Positions 9,752 to 19,721 of a DNA stretch of 64,000 nt are shown here, one piece after another; within the stretch, counting starts at the first letter, position 1; each line of letters opens with the position of its first letter. A program made the position numbers and the translations under genes. The DNA comes from Candidatus Bathyarchaeota archaeon (lineage in GTDB: Archaea > Thermoproteota > Bathyarchaeia > 40CM-2-53-6). The stretch lies in NCBI GenBank assembly GCA_963726255.1, contig CAVSBL010000002.1:896001-960000 (forward strand), read 5' to 3'. Under the pieces are notes generated by a model. The model was given only the letters and a program-made list of their open reading frames with translations, had not been told where the DNA came from and searched no databases.

Positions 9752-10903
9752 TTATGGTCCTTCGGAAACCGCCATGCTTTCTAGCGAAGGTAGCGAACGG
9801 CGAAATAATTCAAGGTTCAAGAGGAATGGATAGTCAGACTTCTCAACTTCCCTTTCTTTTCGTTCAAATTCGAACATTCCGCGAACTGATTTGGCCAGAG
9901 CGAACCATCCTAATCCGTCCGTTACATACAAGAGACGATACCGACCACGGCAAAGCTTGCGTAGCTCTTTGAAATGAGCGACAACTTCACGAATCTTGGA
10001 CATAGAAGTAGTGAAGTAGTTCAGCTCCACCACATACTGAATATGACGATTTGCCAGAAGAACATAATCGAATCTCTTGTCCTCACTCTTCCAAAGTTTC
10101 TCTTTGGTGTACCACCACCCCCTGCCAAGACGCTTGGCGGCTTTCTCCACTTCCCCAAGCTCAGTAATTCCAGATAACTTCGTAAATCGAACTCCCTCAT
10201 CTTCAAGGACATTCTCAATCCTGCGTGCTGCATAGTCTCCTCTGGCACGTTTCACCAATTCGACGTTAACAATTCGAAGGCTGCGACGCAGGGCAGGAAT
10301 GACCTGTTTGTCACGTATCAGTTCTCCAAGATCTTCCGAACCGAGTAGGAAGGTAATTATTCGCTCAGCCACTGAGGCATCATGCTCGATTCTAGACCGC
10401 CATAGTGGCCAGCATGACTTAACAGGCCCCGCATAACGCGAAACTGCTTTCTTGTATGAGGCTAGTTTCTCAAGATCCGTGGGCTGATGTGCAAATGACT
10501 CTCGCCTTAGCCCTACTCTAACTATCTGACTCTGAAATTGAGGATCACTGACCGCCACTGCCTCATAATATACAACCTCATTAAGTCGCGAGTGGTCAAA
10601 GAAGAAATTCACCAATTCCGTGTTTGTGAAGCGGATTTGACGATGCAAATGCATAAGCACCAGAAACAATGACGGTTCCCCTCGAAGGAGAGAGCTTAAT
10701 CTCTTCGCTAGGTTAGCACGGTCTTTTGCTGTTGACTCTTCGTCCTGAACTTTCTGGGCCATGATCCAAAATACTTCTTCGCTCCCGAAGACCTTAGTTA
10801 AGAAAATTGGAAAACTCCATGCGGATTTCTCAATAGAAGTTCCCTCTGCACCAAGGTCGAGCGTAGCGAAGAACTCGACTATCCTCTCTTCGATGTCGCT
10901 CAC
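9752..10903 (-). CDS. DpnII-family type II restriction endonuclease
   Basis: C-terminal KRFDYV...VELNYFTTSMSK...YVTDGLGW matches the DpnII PD-(D/E)xK pattern; GTG start at 10903 preferred over 10999. Confidence 0.75.
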   Translation of the reverse strand: MSDIEERIVEFFATLDLGAEGTSIEKSAWSFPIFLTKVFGSEEVFWIMAQKVQDEESTAKDRANLAKRLSSLLRGEPSLFLVLMHLHRQIRFTNTELVNFFFDHSRLNEVVYYEAVAVSDPQFQSQIVRVGLRRESFAHQPTDLEKLASYKKAVSRYAGPVKSCWPLWRSRIEHDASVAERIITFLLGSEDLGELIRDKQVIPALRRSLRIVNVELVKRARGDYAARRIENVLEDEGVRFTKLSGITELGEVEKAAKRLGRGWWYTKEKLWKSEDKRFDYVLLANRHIQYVVELNYFTTSMSKIREVVAHFKELRKLCRGRYRLLYVTDGLGWFALAKSVRGMFEFERKEREVEKSDYPFLLNLELFRRSLPSLESMAVSEGP

Positions 10904-11078
10904 GGCCAGGATCCCTGAACAAGAAGCTTGATAGTGGACAGTACCGTCACGCTGGAGAAAACACTTTCGACTGGACGCCGTCTTCGGGGAAGGCAACAAA
11001 TTCTTTGGACTGGAAGATGCTGAAAAGATACGAGCCTGCGAATACTTGTCTGTACTAATCTTGCTTTCGTGCAGTTGA

Positions 11079-11115
11079 ATGGGGCCGTAATCTAGCCTGG
11101 TCTAGGACATTGCGT
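11079..11115 (+). repeat. 5'-half fragment of tRNA-Gly (att-like remnant)
   Basis: 35/37 nt identical to 29548..29584, including the first intron bases. Confidence 0.9.
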
Positions 11116-11129
11116 GAATATGCTCAGGG

Positions 11130-11282
11130 TCAGCTCTTTCTCTTCTCCTTTTCCAATTCCTCACGGAGGTGTTTCAGAGCGTAGTTGATTGCGTGGCTGT
11201 AACTGCCAAACCTTAGGTCCTTAATCTCCTTGGCCACCCACGAGTAGAGCTCGTCCTCGAGCGTGATCTGAAGTCGCTTCAT
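11130..11282 (-). CDS. ribbon-helix-helix (CopG-like) regulator, 50 aa
   Basis: MKRLQITLEDELYSWVAKEIKDLRFGSYSHAINYALKHLREE; below the ORF-track cut-off. Confidence 0.8.
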   Translation of the reverse strand: MKRLQITLEDELYSWVAKEIKDLRFGSYSHAINYALKHLREELEKEKRKS

Positions 11283-11295
11283 TCGGAATCTAGGC

Positions 11296-11366
11296 TATTG
11301 TGTATACGTTAATGTTTTATGCTGAATTATACACCTATACAGAACTATACACATCATGTATACATT
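11296..11366. promoter_or_regulatory. divergent promoter with repeated TATACA boxes (putative RHH operator)
   Basis: TATACA at 11328, 11336, 11346, 11359; inverted TGTATA at 11301 and 11357. Confidence 0.55.
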
Positions 11367-13110
11367 TCATGAACACACTGTCAAGACCGAGCCATTCAAT
11401 TCGTTCACCCTAGAACACAGGATCCAAGATTACCTTTCTCACGAACTCCCTTATGGTGAGTACCACGGGTTCTCCGCCTCCATTGAAGGTTGGCCCAATG
11501 TTGCGAGACTGGTTCGACGACTTGCGTACGTTGCGGAGTTTTACGTTGCTACAGAGACACGAAGCGCGGAGGAGCTACTGAAGGAAATCTTCTCCGATGC
11601 GCTTAACCAGGTTAATGTCCAAACATTTGTTCACGGCAATCTTGTTGCTTTCCGTTTCATAACAAATCAGTACTTCCTAGAGAAATCTCAATACGTCTCA
11701 AAACTGAGCCGAGACGAAATTGAGGTTGATCGAAACATCGAGGCTCTAATGTCGTTCCCAGTAGAGTCAATATATCGAATACCTGCCAGTGCAACGATGC
11801 AGGTCGGAAAACGGCTTGAAGATTACTTTACAATTCGAGAAGAGCCCTCGCTGCATTTGACGCATTATTTGCATCCCTACAAAGGCAAGTTTCATCCCAA
11901 GATGATTCGGGCACTACTCAACTATGTGTACCCGGATGATAATGGCCTAGTCATGGACAATTTCGCTGGAAGCGGGACACTCCTTGTCGAAGCTGTACTA
12001 ATGGGACTCGATAGCCTCGGATTGGAAATCAATCCACTTTCAGCTCTAATGTCCCAAGTAAAGTGCGAAGCACTAAACTTTGAACCGAAAGAGCTCAGAC
12101 ACGCAATCGACCGCTACCTAGAGGCGCTTGAAACTCTCATCACCGAATACAAGACACTGCTCAACGGTGACACATTGCTTGTTCAAACCAGTGTCAACCC
12201 GACTGAAATAAAGGAAATCAAGCAACAACTTCCGAAGAAAGTCTGCGTATCATTCAATGATGAAATGTCAATCGACGCAGCTGTCGTCGCTCGGAACCTC
12301 ATTAGGACATATTTCCCCGAGAAATACCGGAACTTCCTATTGTTAGCAGTGAGCGGCACGATAAGCGATGTGGCACGGAGAACGAAAAAAGACTTCGTAA
12401 CGGCGTTAGAGGAGAGGGTGAACGACCTCTATTTGCGGATCTACTTGTTCCACAAGTTGAATGAGAAATTGAAGATCGACTTGGGTAATTCACGTTGTTT
12501 CGTCGGAGATACACGTGACATGGGAAGAACGTGCTTCACTCTGGAGGGCAAGCCCCTCAACGTTGAAGGAGAAACCATTGATGCTATAGTGAATTCGCCT
12601 CCATATTCGACTGCATTGGATTACATTAGGAACGATCTTCCCCAGCTTACCATACTTGGGCTCGTTCCGTCCCTAGAGCGTTTAGAGAAGGACATGATGG
12701 GAAACCCGAACCTCACATACTATCCTGCTGAGATGTCAGAGGAGATAAAGTCCAACGCGACTGAGTTCTCGACACTGCCAGAATACGCTAGGAACATAAT
12801 CAGACAAATTCTTGATGCTGGGAGGGTTAAGGAGGCAATACGTACTTACAAGTTCTTCAAAGACATGAGGCTAACTCTCAGAGAAATGCATAGGGTACTC
12901 AAACCAAACGCGAAGGCAGTCATAATCATCGGCAACAATCACTACAAACTGAACGGCGCGATTGAGGAAGTAAAGAACGATCTGGTGATTGTCGAGATGG
13001 CGAAGGAGGTAGGCTTCTCGCTCGACCGTTCAATCACCCGAAACCTCGAGAAAAGCATGTCTGGAGAGATTCGGTACGAATCAATAGTAATTCTACAGAA
13101 AACGAGGTGA
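11356..13110 (+). CDS. DNA methyltransferase (probable N4-cytosine, SPPY)
   Basis: HPYKGKFHP, MDNFAGSGT, VNSPPY, RVLKP. Confidence 0.88.
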   Translation: MYTFHEHTVKTEPFNSFTLEHRIQDYLSHELPYGEYHGFSASIEGWPNVARLVRRLAYVAEFYVATETRSAEELLKEIFSDALNQVNVQTFVHGNLVAFRFITNQYFLEKSQYVSKLSRDEIEVDRNIEALMSFPVESIYRIPASATMQVGKRLEDYFTIREEPSLHLTHYLHPYKGKFHPKMIRALLNYVYPDDNGLVMDNFAGSGTLLVEAVLMGLDSLGLEINPLSALMSQVKCEALNFEPKELRHAIDRYLEALETLITEYKTLLNGDTLLVQTSVNPTEIKEIKQQLPKKVCVSFNDEMSIDAAVVARNLIRTYFPEKYRNFLLLAVSGTISDVARRTKKDFVTALEERVNDLYLRIYLFHKLNEKLKIDLGNSRCFVGDTRDMGRTCFTLEGKPLNVEGETIDAIVNSPPYSTALDYIRNDLPQLTILGLVPSLERLEKDMMGNPNLTYYPAEMSEEIKSNATEFSTLPEYARNIIRQILDAGRVKEAIRTYKFFKDMRLTLREMHRVLKPNAKAVIIIGNNHYKLNGAIEEVKNDLVIVEMAKEVGFSLDRSITRNLEKSMSGEIRYESIVILQKTR

Positions 13111-13116
13111 ACAGCC

Positions 13117-13230
13117 ATGCCTGCGAGAAGTAAGAAGAAAATGCGCAAGGAGGATGTCGCAAAACTGGTTCATGAAGTCGTTGGAGAAGGTGAATTAGTC
13201 TTCATAGATCCAGAAGGAGTAGCCGGCTGA
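13117..13230 (+). pseudogene. 37-aa ORF after the MTase, possibly a truncated partner gene
   Basis: SD GAGGTGA overlapping the MTase stop; ends abruptly next to the amt fragment. Confidence 0.35.
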
Positions 13231-13266
13231 AGATTCGCACGGTCTCGGTTATCATCTGCACGGCGT

Positions 13267-13638
13267 ATGGTGTTCACTGTGGCAGCGGGCGTCGTTTGTA
13301 ACTATGTGGCGGGTTGGTGTGCGAGAACACGACTAGATGACTCGCTTGATGTATTCGCCTGCCATGGCGCAGGTGGAATCTTGGGAACAATAGCGACGGG
13401 GATCTTTGCCTCCGCCGTCATCAATGCGGCTGGCCCCAACAGACTACTGTACGGGAACATGTACCAATTCATAATACAAGTATTCGGAGTAGTTGTCGTG
13501 GGATTTTTCGCCTTCGTAGGCTCTTACATGCTGTTAAGAATTATCAACGTCTTCACGCCCGTAAGAGTTAGTCGCACGGAAGAGGATGCGGGCCTGGACA
13601 TAACGCAACACGGCGACGAAGCGTACACAAACAAGTAA
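13267..13638 (+). pseudogene. amt: 3' fragment of an ammonium transporter
   Basis: LDDSLDVFACHGAGG...EEDAGLDITQHGDEAY, closely similar to the C-terminus at 6712..7203, opposite strand. Confidence 0.85.
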
Positions 13639-13670
13639 TCATGAGGCAAGTTGAACTAAAGTCAAACAGA

Positions 13671-13697
13671 TTCCTATTCTACTTGTGCGCACACACA
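13671..13697 (-). repeat. dispersed repeat, partial copy (left arm plus core)
   Basis: minus strand TGTGTGTGCGCACAAGTAGA, right arm divergent. Confidence 0.6.
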
Positions 13698-13761
13698 AAA
13701 AAATAAGTTGTAGAAGTATTCTATTTGTTGGCAGCTTGAAGAAAACGGCCGGTGATCTAGA

Positions 13762-14262
13762 GTGGAGAATGAACGCTCGGAGAAAGTCACCATTGACAGA
13801 GTTGAAAAAGATGAGTTGCAAAGCATTCTCGCGTTGCTTGATCAATGCGGACTTCCAAAAGAGAACTTAGAGCCTCATTTATCTACGACACTGGTTGCGC
13901 GGAACGATAGCAGGGTCGTCGGATGTTCAGTTGTGGAACTGTATGATGAATGTGCCTTGCTCGCATACGTCGCCGTTGAACAGTCATTCCAGAGACGAGG
14001 ACTAGGACAGCGCCTCACAAAAGAGGCACTAGATTTAGCAAAGCATCGTGGCGTCGGAACCGTGTATTTATTGACTGAAACGGCAGGCCCATTCTTTTCC
14101 AAACTGGGCTTCGAGTCTATCCCACGTTCTGATGTTCCACAGGAGGTTCAGCATTCATTCGAGTTTACCACATTGTGCCCAATTACCGCACAAGTCATGA
14201 GGACTTCATTGAAGGAAGAAATCGGTCACCAGCCCCATCCAGTTCAATCAAGAGAGAGATGA
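13762..14262 (+). CDS. GNAT N-acetyltransferase, ArsN2-like
   Basis: QRRGLG, YLLTETAGPFF, FEFTTLCP. Confidence 0.8.
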   Translation: MENERSEKVTIDRVEKDELQSILALLDQCGLPKENLEPHLSTTLVARNDSRVVGCSVVELYDECALLAYVAVEQSFQRRGLGQRLTKEALDLAKHRGVGTVYLLTETAGPFFSKLGFESIPRSDVPQEVQHSFEFTTLCPITAQVMRTSLKEEIGHQPHPVQSRER

Positions 14263-14391
14263 ATCCGCCACCAAGAATGACCCCTAGACTAGACTTCGGT
14301 TTGAATCCGAATCAGGTTCTAGCCAGATGTTCGCGGTCAAGATTTTTGTGCTTGAGTCGCGTCTCACGGATAGGAGTCTTCGACCAGTTCC

Positions 14392-15279
14392 ATGAACGCT
14401 AGATCCGTCGGGATTCTGTCTGTGCTTCTCGCGAGTCTTCTGTGGGCTTTGGAGCCTGTGCTTGCGAAGCGTTCGTATCAGAACTCAGATTTTCAGCGTA
14501 CTCTTGCCGTCAGAGCGATCCTCGTTACTCTTACGGCGTTGCTCTATGTTGTGATGACGAACAGAGGGAATCTTAGGATCGACAGACGCCAATTGTCGGC
14601 GCTTGTGTATGTTGCGTTTGCTGCGAATGTCTTCGGCGATATCGCATACTTCCTTGCTTTGACCCGAATCCCTGTAGTTAATGCTGTGCTGATTGGTAAT
14701 ATGCAGCCCATCTTCATAGTGATGATGGGGTTCTTGGTTCTCAGAGAAGAGAGGCTGAGCAAGTTTGACTACCTAGCGATCGTCGTTATGATGACAGCGG
14801 GAATTCTCATAGCAACTCGAAGCTTAGAGAACTTGATGGCGTTCAGGCTAGGAACGTACGGTGATTCGGTTGTGCTTTCAGCAACTGTCGCCTGGTCAAC
14901 AACCACTATCGCGTTTAGAAAATATCTGAAAGAAATGAACGCAGGCGTCGTAACGTTTTACGGCTTCCTGTTCGCTTCTCTCGTATTCGCAGCTTACCTC
15001 GTGTCCTCTTCAGGATTTAGGGCTGTGAACGTGTATCAGCTCATGATTGGGATTGTGGTTGGTATCGGCACGATTCTTTACTTTGAGGGCCTGAAGCGGA
15101 ACAAGGCTGCAGAAGTATCCTCTCTCGAACTCTCAACACCCCTCTTCGCCGCAGTCCTCGGCTTTCTTGTCTTGGGTGAGCTGGTCACTCAGATTCAAAT
15201 CGTTGGAATGTCTCTCCTCCTGATAGGAGTATTCCTCCTGTCGAGAAGAGAAGAACTAGTTCCTTATCGTTGTTGCTGA
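14392..15279 (+). CDS. DMT/EamA family transporter
   Basis: About 10 TM, duplicated EamA repeats (LVLREERL, LVLGE). Confidence 0.85.
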   Translation: MNARSVGILSVLLASLLWALEPVLAKRSYQNSDFQRTLAVRAILVTLTALLYVVMTNRGNLRIDRRQLSALVYVAFAANVFGDIAYFLALTRIPVVNAVLIGNMQPIFIVMMGFLVLREERLSKFDYLAIVVMMTAGILIATRSLENLMAFRLGTYGDSVVLSATVAWSTTTIAFRKYLKEMNAGVVTFYGFLFASLVFAAYLVSSSGFRAVNVYQLMIGIVVGIGTILYFEGLKRNKAAEVSSLELSTPLFAAVLGFLVLGELVTQIQIVGMSLLLIGVFLLSRREELVPYRCC

Positions 15280-15499
15280 GTATCCCCTCTTGAACTCCAT
15301 ATTCAAGAGGTGTGGCTCAAACGGAATGATTGCACGTCTAGCTGATTTGTCAAGCTCATTTTCGTGTGATTTCGTGTTCTTGTCTACGTATGGGGAAGGT
15401 AGGGTTGGGAGCGTTAGCGTGTTGCAAGCTTTCGCGTCCACGCAGTGAAACATTTTTCCCCGCGCTCACACCAACAAAACCGTCGTCCGTCAGTCGATT

Positions 15500-15515
15500 T
15501 GTGTGTGTGCGCACC
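15500..15515 (+). repeat. dispersed repeat, left-arm copy
   Basis: TGTGTGTGTGCGCACC. Confidence 0.55.
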
Positions 15516-15598
15516 TGACAGGTACTCATAATACACGAGTCGAAAATCATGCGTGCTGTTCAAATGGTGAAGGGAATAAGGAAATCGTGAGATGTAAT

Positions 15599-17137
15599 AT
15601 GACGCTGGTAATACACGGTTCAGGATTGACCGTTGAAGATGTTGTGCGCGTTGCACGTCATGGCGAAAAAGTGGAACTGCATCCCGATTCTATCAAAAAG
15701 ATCAATTCATGCCGCGCCATGCTTGAGAAAAAAGTTGAAGCTCACGAGGTCATGTACGGTGTCAATACCGGTATAGGCGAATTATCGGAGATAGTGCTCA
15801 ACGATAATCAGGTAAGAGATTTTCAGAGATATTTGATTTACAATCATGCTGCAGGTATGGGCGATCCCATGCCCATTGACTGGGTACGTGGTGCCATGCT
15901 CGGGCGCATCAATGTGCATGCACACGGGAATTCAGGTTGCCGCTTGGCGATTACTCAGACTTTGGTGGATATGTTGAACAAGGGTGTTACGCCTTACGTG
16001 TGCACGAAAGGATCTGTAGGTGCTAGCGGTGATCTAGCACCTATGGCGCAGATTGCTCTGCTCCTGATGGGTGAAGGGCACGCATATCACAAGGGTGAGT
16101 TCTTAGAGGGCCATGTGGCGATGGAACGTGCAGGCATCCCCATTCCCGGACTAGAGGCACGCGATGGTCTGGCTGCCATTAATGGTTCCAATGTGCTTAC
16201 CGCCATGTCGGCCCTAATGATATATGACAGCAACAATTGGCTCAAGCAGGCTGAAATAGCCTGTGCTATGTCGCTGGAAGCGCTGAAAGCCAACCTCAAA
16301 CCGTATCAAGAATTAATTCTTGAAGTTCGCGGTTTCCCCGGTGGCGTCCGCAGCGCGAAATCAATTCGTAAGGTAGTGGCTGGCGGTGACCTGTCTGAAG
16401 GCCGTTTAAAAGTGAAGGTGCAGGATGCTTATTCGATGCGTTCCACACCGCAGGTGATTGGTGCAGCACATGATGCGCTTGCCTTTGCCCGAGTACAGGT
16501 AGAGACGGAACTCAATGGTGTGGGGGATAATCCCATTTTCTTCCCGGACAAAAACCTCGTACTCTCAGGCGCCAATTTCCAAGGTTCGCCCGTTGCTTTG
16601 CCTATGGATATAGTAGGTGTTGCGGTAACGATGGTATGCGTACTTTCCGAGCGCCGCATGAATCGCCTGAATAACCCGGCGCTAAGCGTGGGGCTTCCGT
16701 CCTTCCTGATTAAGGATCCTGGCATGTTCTCCGGGCTGATGCTGAGCCAGTATACCGCTGATATGCAGATTGCAGAACAGCGAATCCTCTGTATGCCGGC
16801 TTCTATACAGTCAATCCCGGCTGCTGCCGACCAGGAAGACTTTGTTTCCATGGGCATGAACACCGCTCTGAAGAATTTCCAGATTCTAGACAATGCATAT
16901 GGTATTTTGGGAATCGAGTTCATGGCTGCTGCTCAAGCCCTTGACTTACGTAGAAAATATGAAACACCATATGAATTCGGAAAGGGAACACAAATTGCTC
17001 ATAACACGATCCGTAAACACGTCGAGTATCTTGATATCGACCGCCCGCTTTATCCCGACCACAACAAGATGAAGGAACTCGTCAAATCATGCGAAATCCT
17101 TGTGGACGTGGAGAAAGCCATAGGTTCCCTGGAATAA
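15599..17137 (+). CDS. hutH: aromatic amino-acid ammonia-lyase (HAL/PAL family)
   Basis: YGVNTG, GSVGASGDLAP (MIO-forming ASG), QDAYSMR, QEDFVSMG; substrate not determinable. Confidence 0.85.
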   Translation: MTLVIHGSGLTVEDVVRVARHGEKVELHPDSIKKINSCRAMLEKKVEAHEVMYGVNTGIGELSEIVLNDNQVRDFQRYLIYNHAAGMGDPMPIDWVRGAMLGRINVHAHGNSGCRLAITQTLVDMLNKGVTPYVCTKGSVGASGDLAPMAQIALLLMGEGHAYHKGEFLEGHVAMERAGIPIPGLEARDGLAAINGSNVLTAMSALMIYDSNNWLKQAEIACAMSLEALKANLKPYQELILEVRGFPGGVRSAKSIRKVVAGGDLSEGRLKVKVQDAYSMRSTPQVIGAAHDALAFARVQVETELNGVGDNPIFFPDKNLVLSGANFQGSPVALPMDIVGVAVTMVCVLSERRMNRLNNPALSVGLPSFLIKDPGMFSGLMLSQYTADMQIAEQRILCMPASIQSIPAAADQEDFVSMGMNTALKNFQILDNAYGILGIEFMAAAQALDLRRKYETPYEFGKGTQIAHNTIRKHVEYLDIDRPLYPDHNKMKELVKSCEILVDVEKAIGSLE

Positions 17138-17253
17138 AATATTCTTTCTAAACCATGCAGGTCCAGCTGAGAGTCCAATAAACTGCAGCTAATCGGAGAC
17201 TTATCGTAGCCCAGCTTGCCGATGGAATGCCCGTCGTCGTTCGTCGTTAGTAA

Positions 17254-17281
17254 GAGTGTGTGTGGATCTACTGGTGTGCAG
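17254..17281 (-). repeat. dispersed repeat, copy C
   Basis: minus strand CTGCACACCAGTAGATCCACACACACTC. Confidence 0.75.
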
Positions 17282-17395
17282 AGCAATTTGAACTCAACAT
17301 TGTCCGATACTGACCTTAACATTTTCTGTAAGATATGTGATATTCGAAGCGTGAGTCTGACGATAAAGGCTCGCCTGACGATCATCCGGTGTTCG

Positions 17396-17442
17396 CGCAG
17401 TCCCGCATAGGAACCGCGGGGGTTCAAATCCCACCCCCGGCG
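17396..17442 (+). pseudogene. degenerate 3' fragment of a tRNA-Ser-like gene
   Basis: variable-arm-like GTCCC..GGAAC, T-arm GGGGGTTCAAATCCCAC, acceptor CCCCGGC plus G discriminator; no 5' half upstream. Confidence 0.7.
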
Positions 17443-17545
17443 CTCTAGTACGAACCGCTCTATCTTGTTTGTTCCTTCCGATGCACTGTTGGAGGCTTTA
17501 CGCCTAGGCTTCATTGCGTAAGCCGGGAGTAATGACAATCGATCA

Positions 17546-18236
17546 TCATGCGCGCTCGTCAGGTACTATTTCACAGAATAGACTGGATTCGTCGACTTCT
17601 GTAATCTGCACGTCACCGATAAGGTCATGGGTCAATCTCGAGAAATCTTGAGAGCCGACAGTTGTCGCTGTGAACCCATCCTTGCACACAATGATTCCTT
17701 CCTTTGTCTTTTCGTAGTCGATTTCCCCCAATAATCCGGCCTGCGACTGAAGCTCGAACCATTTCATTCGATCTCCCCAGAACTTGTTTGAATAGCTCGA
17801 GAAAAGGATTACGCCCCTGAGCCTCGTCACTCGTATGCTTTCAGAGATCAGCGCTCGCTGGTCTACATGAAACGCGGAGATTCCGTTCTGAATGCAAACG
17901 ACACGATCAAATGTTTGATCACGATAACCGAGGTGCACTGCGTCCATCCGGGAAAGAGAGATATTTGAAATACCATGAAGGAAATTGTGAGCAAATTCTA
18001 AACTGGGAGCAGAAATATCAATTCCGGCTACCCATCTCGCGTTCTTTGCTAATTTCGGAAGAATCCGACCATACCCACAGCCTAGCTCTAATACCAGATC
18101 GGCGGGACGAATTTTCTCTAATACATGGCTCACCTCGGCATCGAGGTATTGTCTGACTCTTGGAGGTGCGATGTCGTACACCCGTTTGAGTTGTACAGCA
18201 GATAACTTATGCGAATAATACTTGCTCAGAAGAAAC
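17546..18236 (-). CDS. class I SAM-dependent methyltransferase
   Basis: VLELGCGYGR, GIDIS, MDAVHL; start uncertain. Confidence 0.85.
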
Positions 18237-18517
18237 ATCCCCACAAAACGCAAGTCATTAGAACCCGAAAGCGTATTCGTTTTTCTCGTAACAAAAGCAC
18301 GATTTTCCACATTCCAGATTTCGGCTTTTGAGAGACGGGCCCACCGGCCCCACCAATTACGCCCCAAGCATCAGACAATACATACAACCGCGGGAAATAC
18401 TGAAATTGCGGCAATAGCGCTACGATGTCACCATATCGGCGAAAGTAAGCTGAACCCGCCATAAAAGGCGTATAGAAAGCCAGAGGCTGATAGCATTTTG
18501 CAGATTTACTCAAAAGC

Positions 18518-19267
18518 CTAAGGGAATAACTTGTACACAATCAAACCGATAGCCATTAGGTCTACGGCGAGCACGATTAGTTTAAGTGATTTCTCAGGCC
18601 TCGCCAAGAGTTGAGGTGTATTCATCGTTTGTCGAGTGCCGTCCGCAAACCGCACCTCAGTCAGGGAACTTCTCCGCCTGAAATCTTTGCACCAACGTGA
18701 CAGGTTGATTTCAATGCCCGCGGTGGCCGCCATGGCTAACGCAACCAGAACGGCCTCGCTTGTTACCGTCAATGCGTTAACGTAATAGCTTATCAGCGTC
18801 GGTAGCGCTGCCCACGAAAAAGCAAACCAGATGTCACTATGGAATGCCCCACTGAAGGCTTCAGTGTTGTAGGCGAAGAGGAAGAAGGTCTCCAGGATTA
18901 TGAATGCCAGAAGGGTCAATGGGGGCACGATCGAGCCGGACGCTGCGAACAATTCGAGCATACCATAACTCCCGATAACTACCGCTGCAACAAGTGGGAG
19001 CGAAAACAGAACAGTCAACTCACGTTTCCCCAACGCCTCTGTCCAGTGGCTTACGTGCAACTCATTCAAAGCGTGCGCAGACAGCCCAAGCCCGAGAAAG
19101 TATGCCACGAGGGTGAGAACGAGCCGATCTGGGTGGAGGTTGGGTGAGACCGATGCTCCGATTAGAACGAATGAAAGTACCATTGAGGTATACGGCAAAT
19201 GCATGATCGTGTAGAACTCGCGGAGCCTACTGCCGCCCCGCGCATACCAAGCCCCATTCGCTCTCAA
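18518..19267 (-). CDS. UbiA-like integral membrane protein
   Basis: HLPYT, AHALNEL, multiple TM segments. Confidence 0.6.
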   Translation of the reverse strand: MRANGAWYARGGSRLREFYTIMHLPYTSMVLSFVLIGASVSPNLHPDRLVLTLVAYFLGLGLSAHALNELHVSHWTEALGKRELTVLFSLPLVAAVVIGSYGMLELFAASGSIVPPLTLLAFIILETFFLFAYNTEAFSGAFHSDIWFAFSWAALPTLISYYVNALTVTSEAVLVALAMAATAGIEINLSRWCKDFRRRSSLTEVRFADGTRQTMNTPQLLARPEKSLKLIVLAVDLMAIGLIVYKLFP

Positions 19268-19372
19268 ACACCCACCCCAATCATCAGCCGAAGACCAAAC
19301 AGAACCAGTCTTTCCTCCGTCGTCATAATTGAAATATTGTTATGTGAATGTCTTTGGGCTGGCTTAGTAGCA

Positions 19373-19399
19373 ATGCGGCCGCAGTCTAGCTTGGTCTAG
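19373..19399 (+). repeat. second 5' fragment of tRNA-Gly
   Basis: ATGCGGCCGCAGTCTAGCTTGGTCTAG, 25/27 identical to 29548..29574. Confidence 0.8.
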
Positions 19400-19721
19400 T
19401 TGGTTGTTTTGGTGAGGTCTTAGCGGCTTTGTGTTCTGGAGGGGCCTAGACTACTTCGGTATCCGCTAGTGGGCTTTCGTGTACTTCGTAGCTTTAATCG
19501 GGGCTCGTAGGATCTTCAATGCTCTCATAATTGCCCAATCTTTCAGCAAGGCCTATGCCCATTTTCCTGGATGGCTCGTGCTTGTGTTGCTTTCCTCTCT
19601 TTTGGTTACGCAATTTCCTTCGGGCTTAAGACGAGTTCCCCTTCTTCGCGGGAAAGCAGGAGGGCGGTGTGGGGCAGCCAAAACAAGTCTTGAGGAAGAT
19701 GTGTGCGTTCCCTTGGCATTG

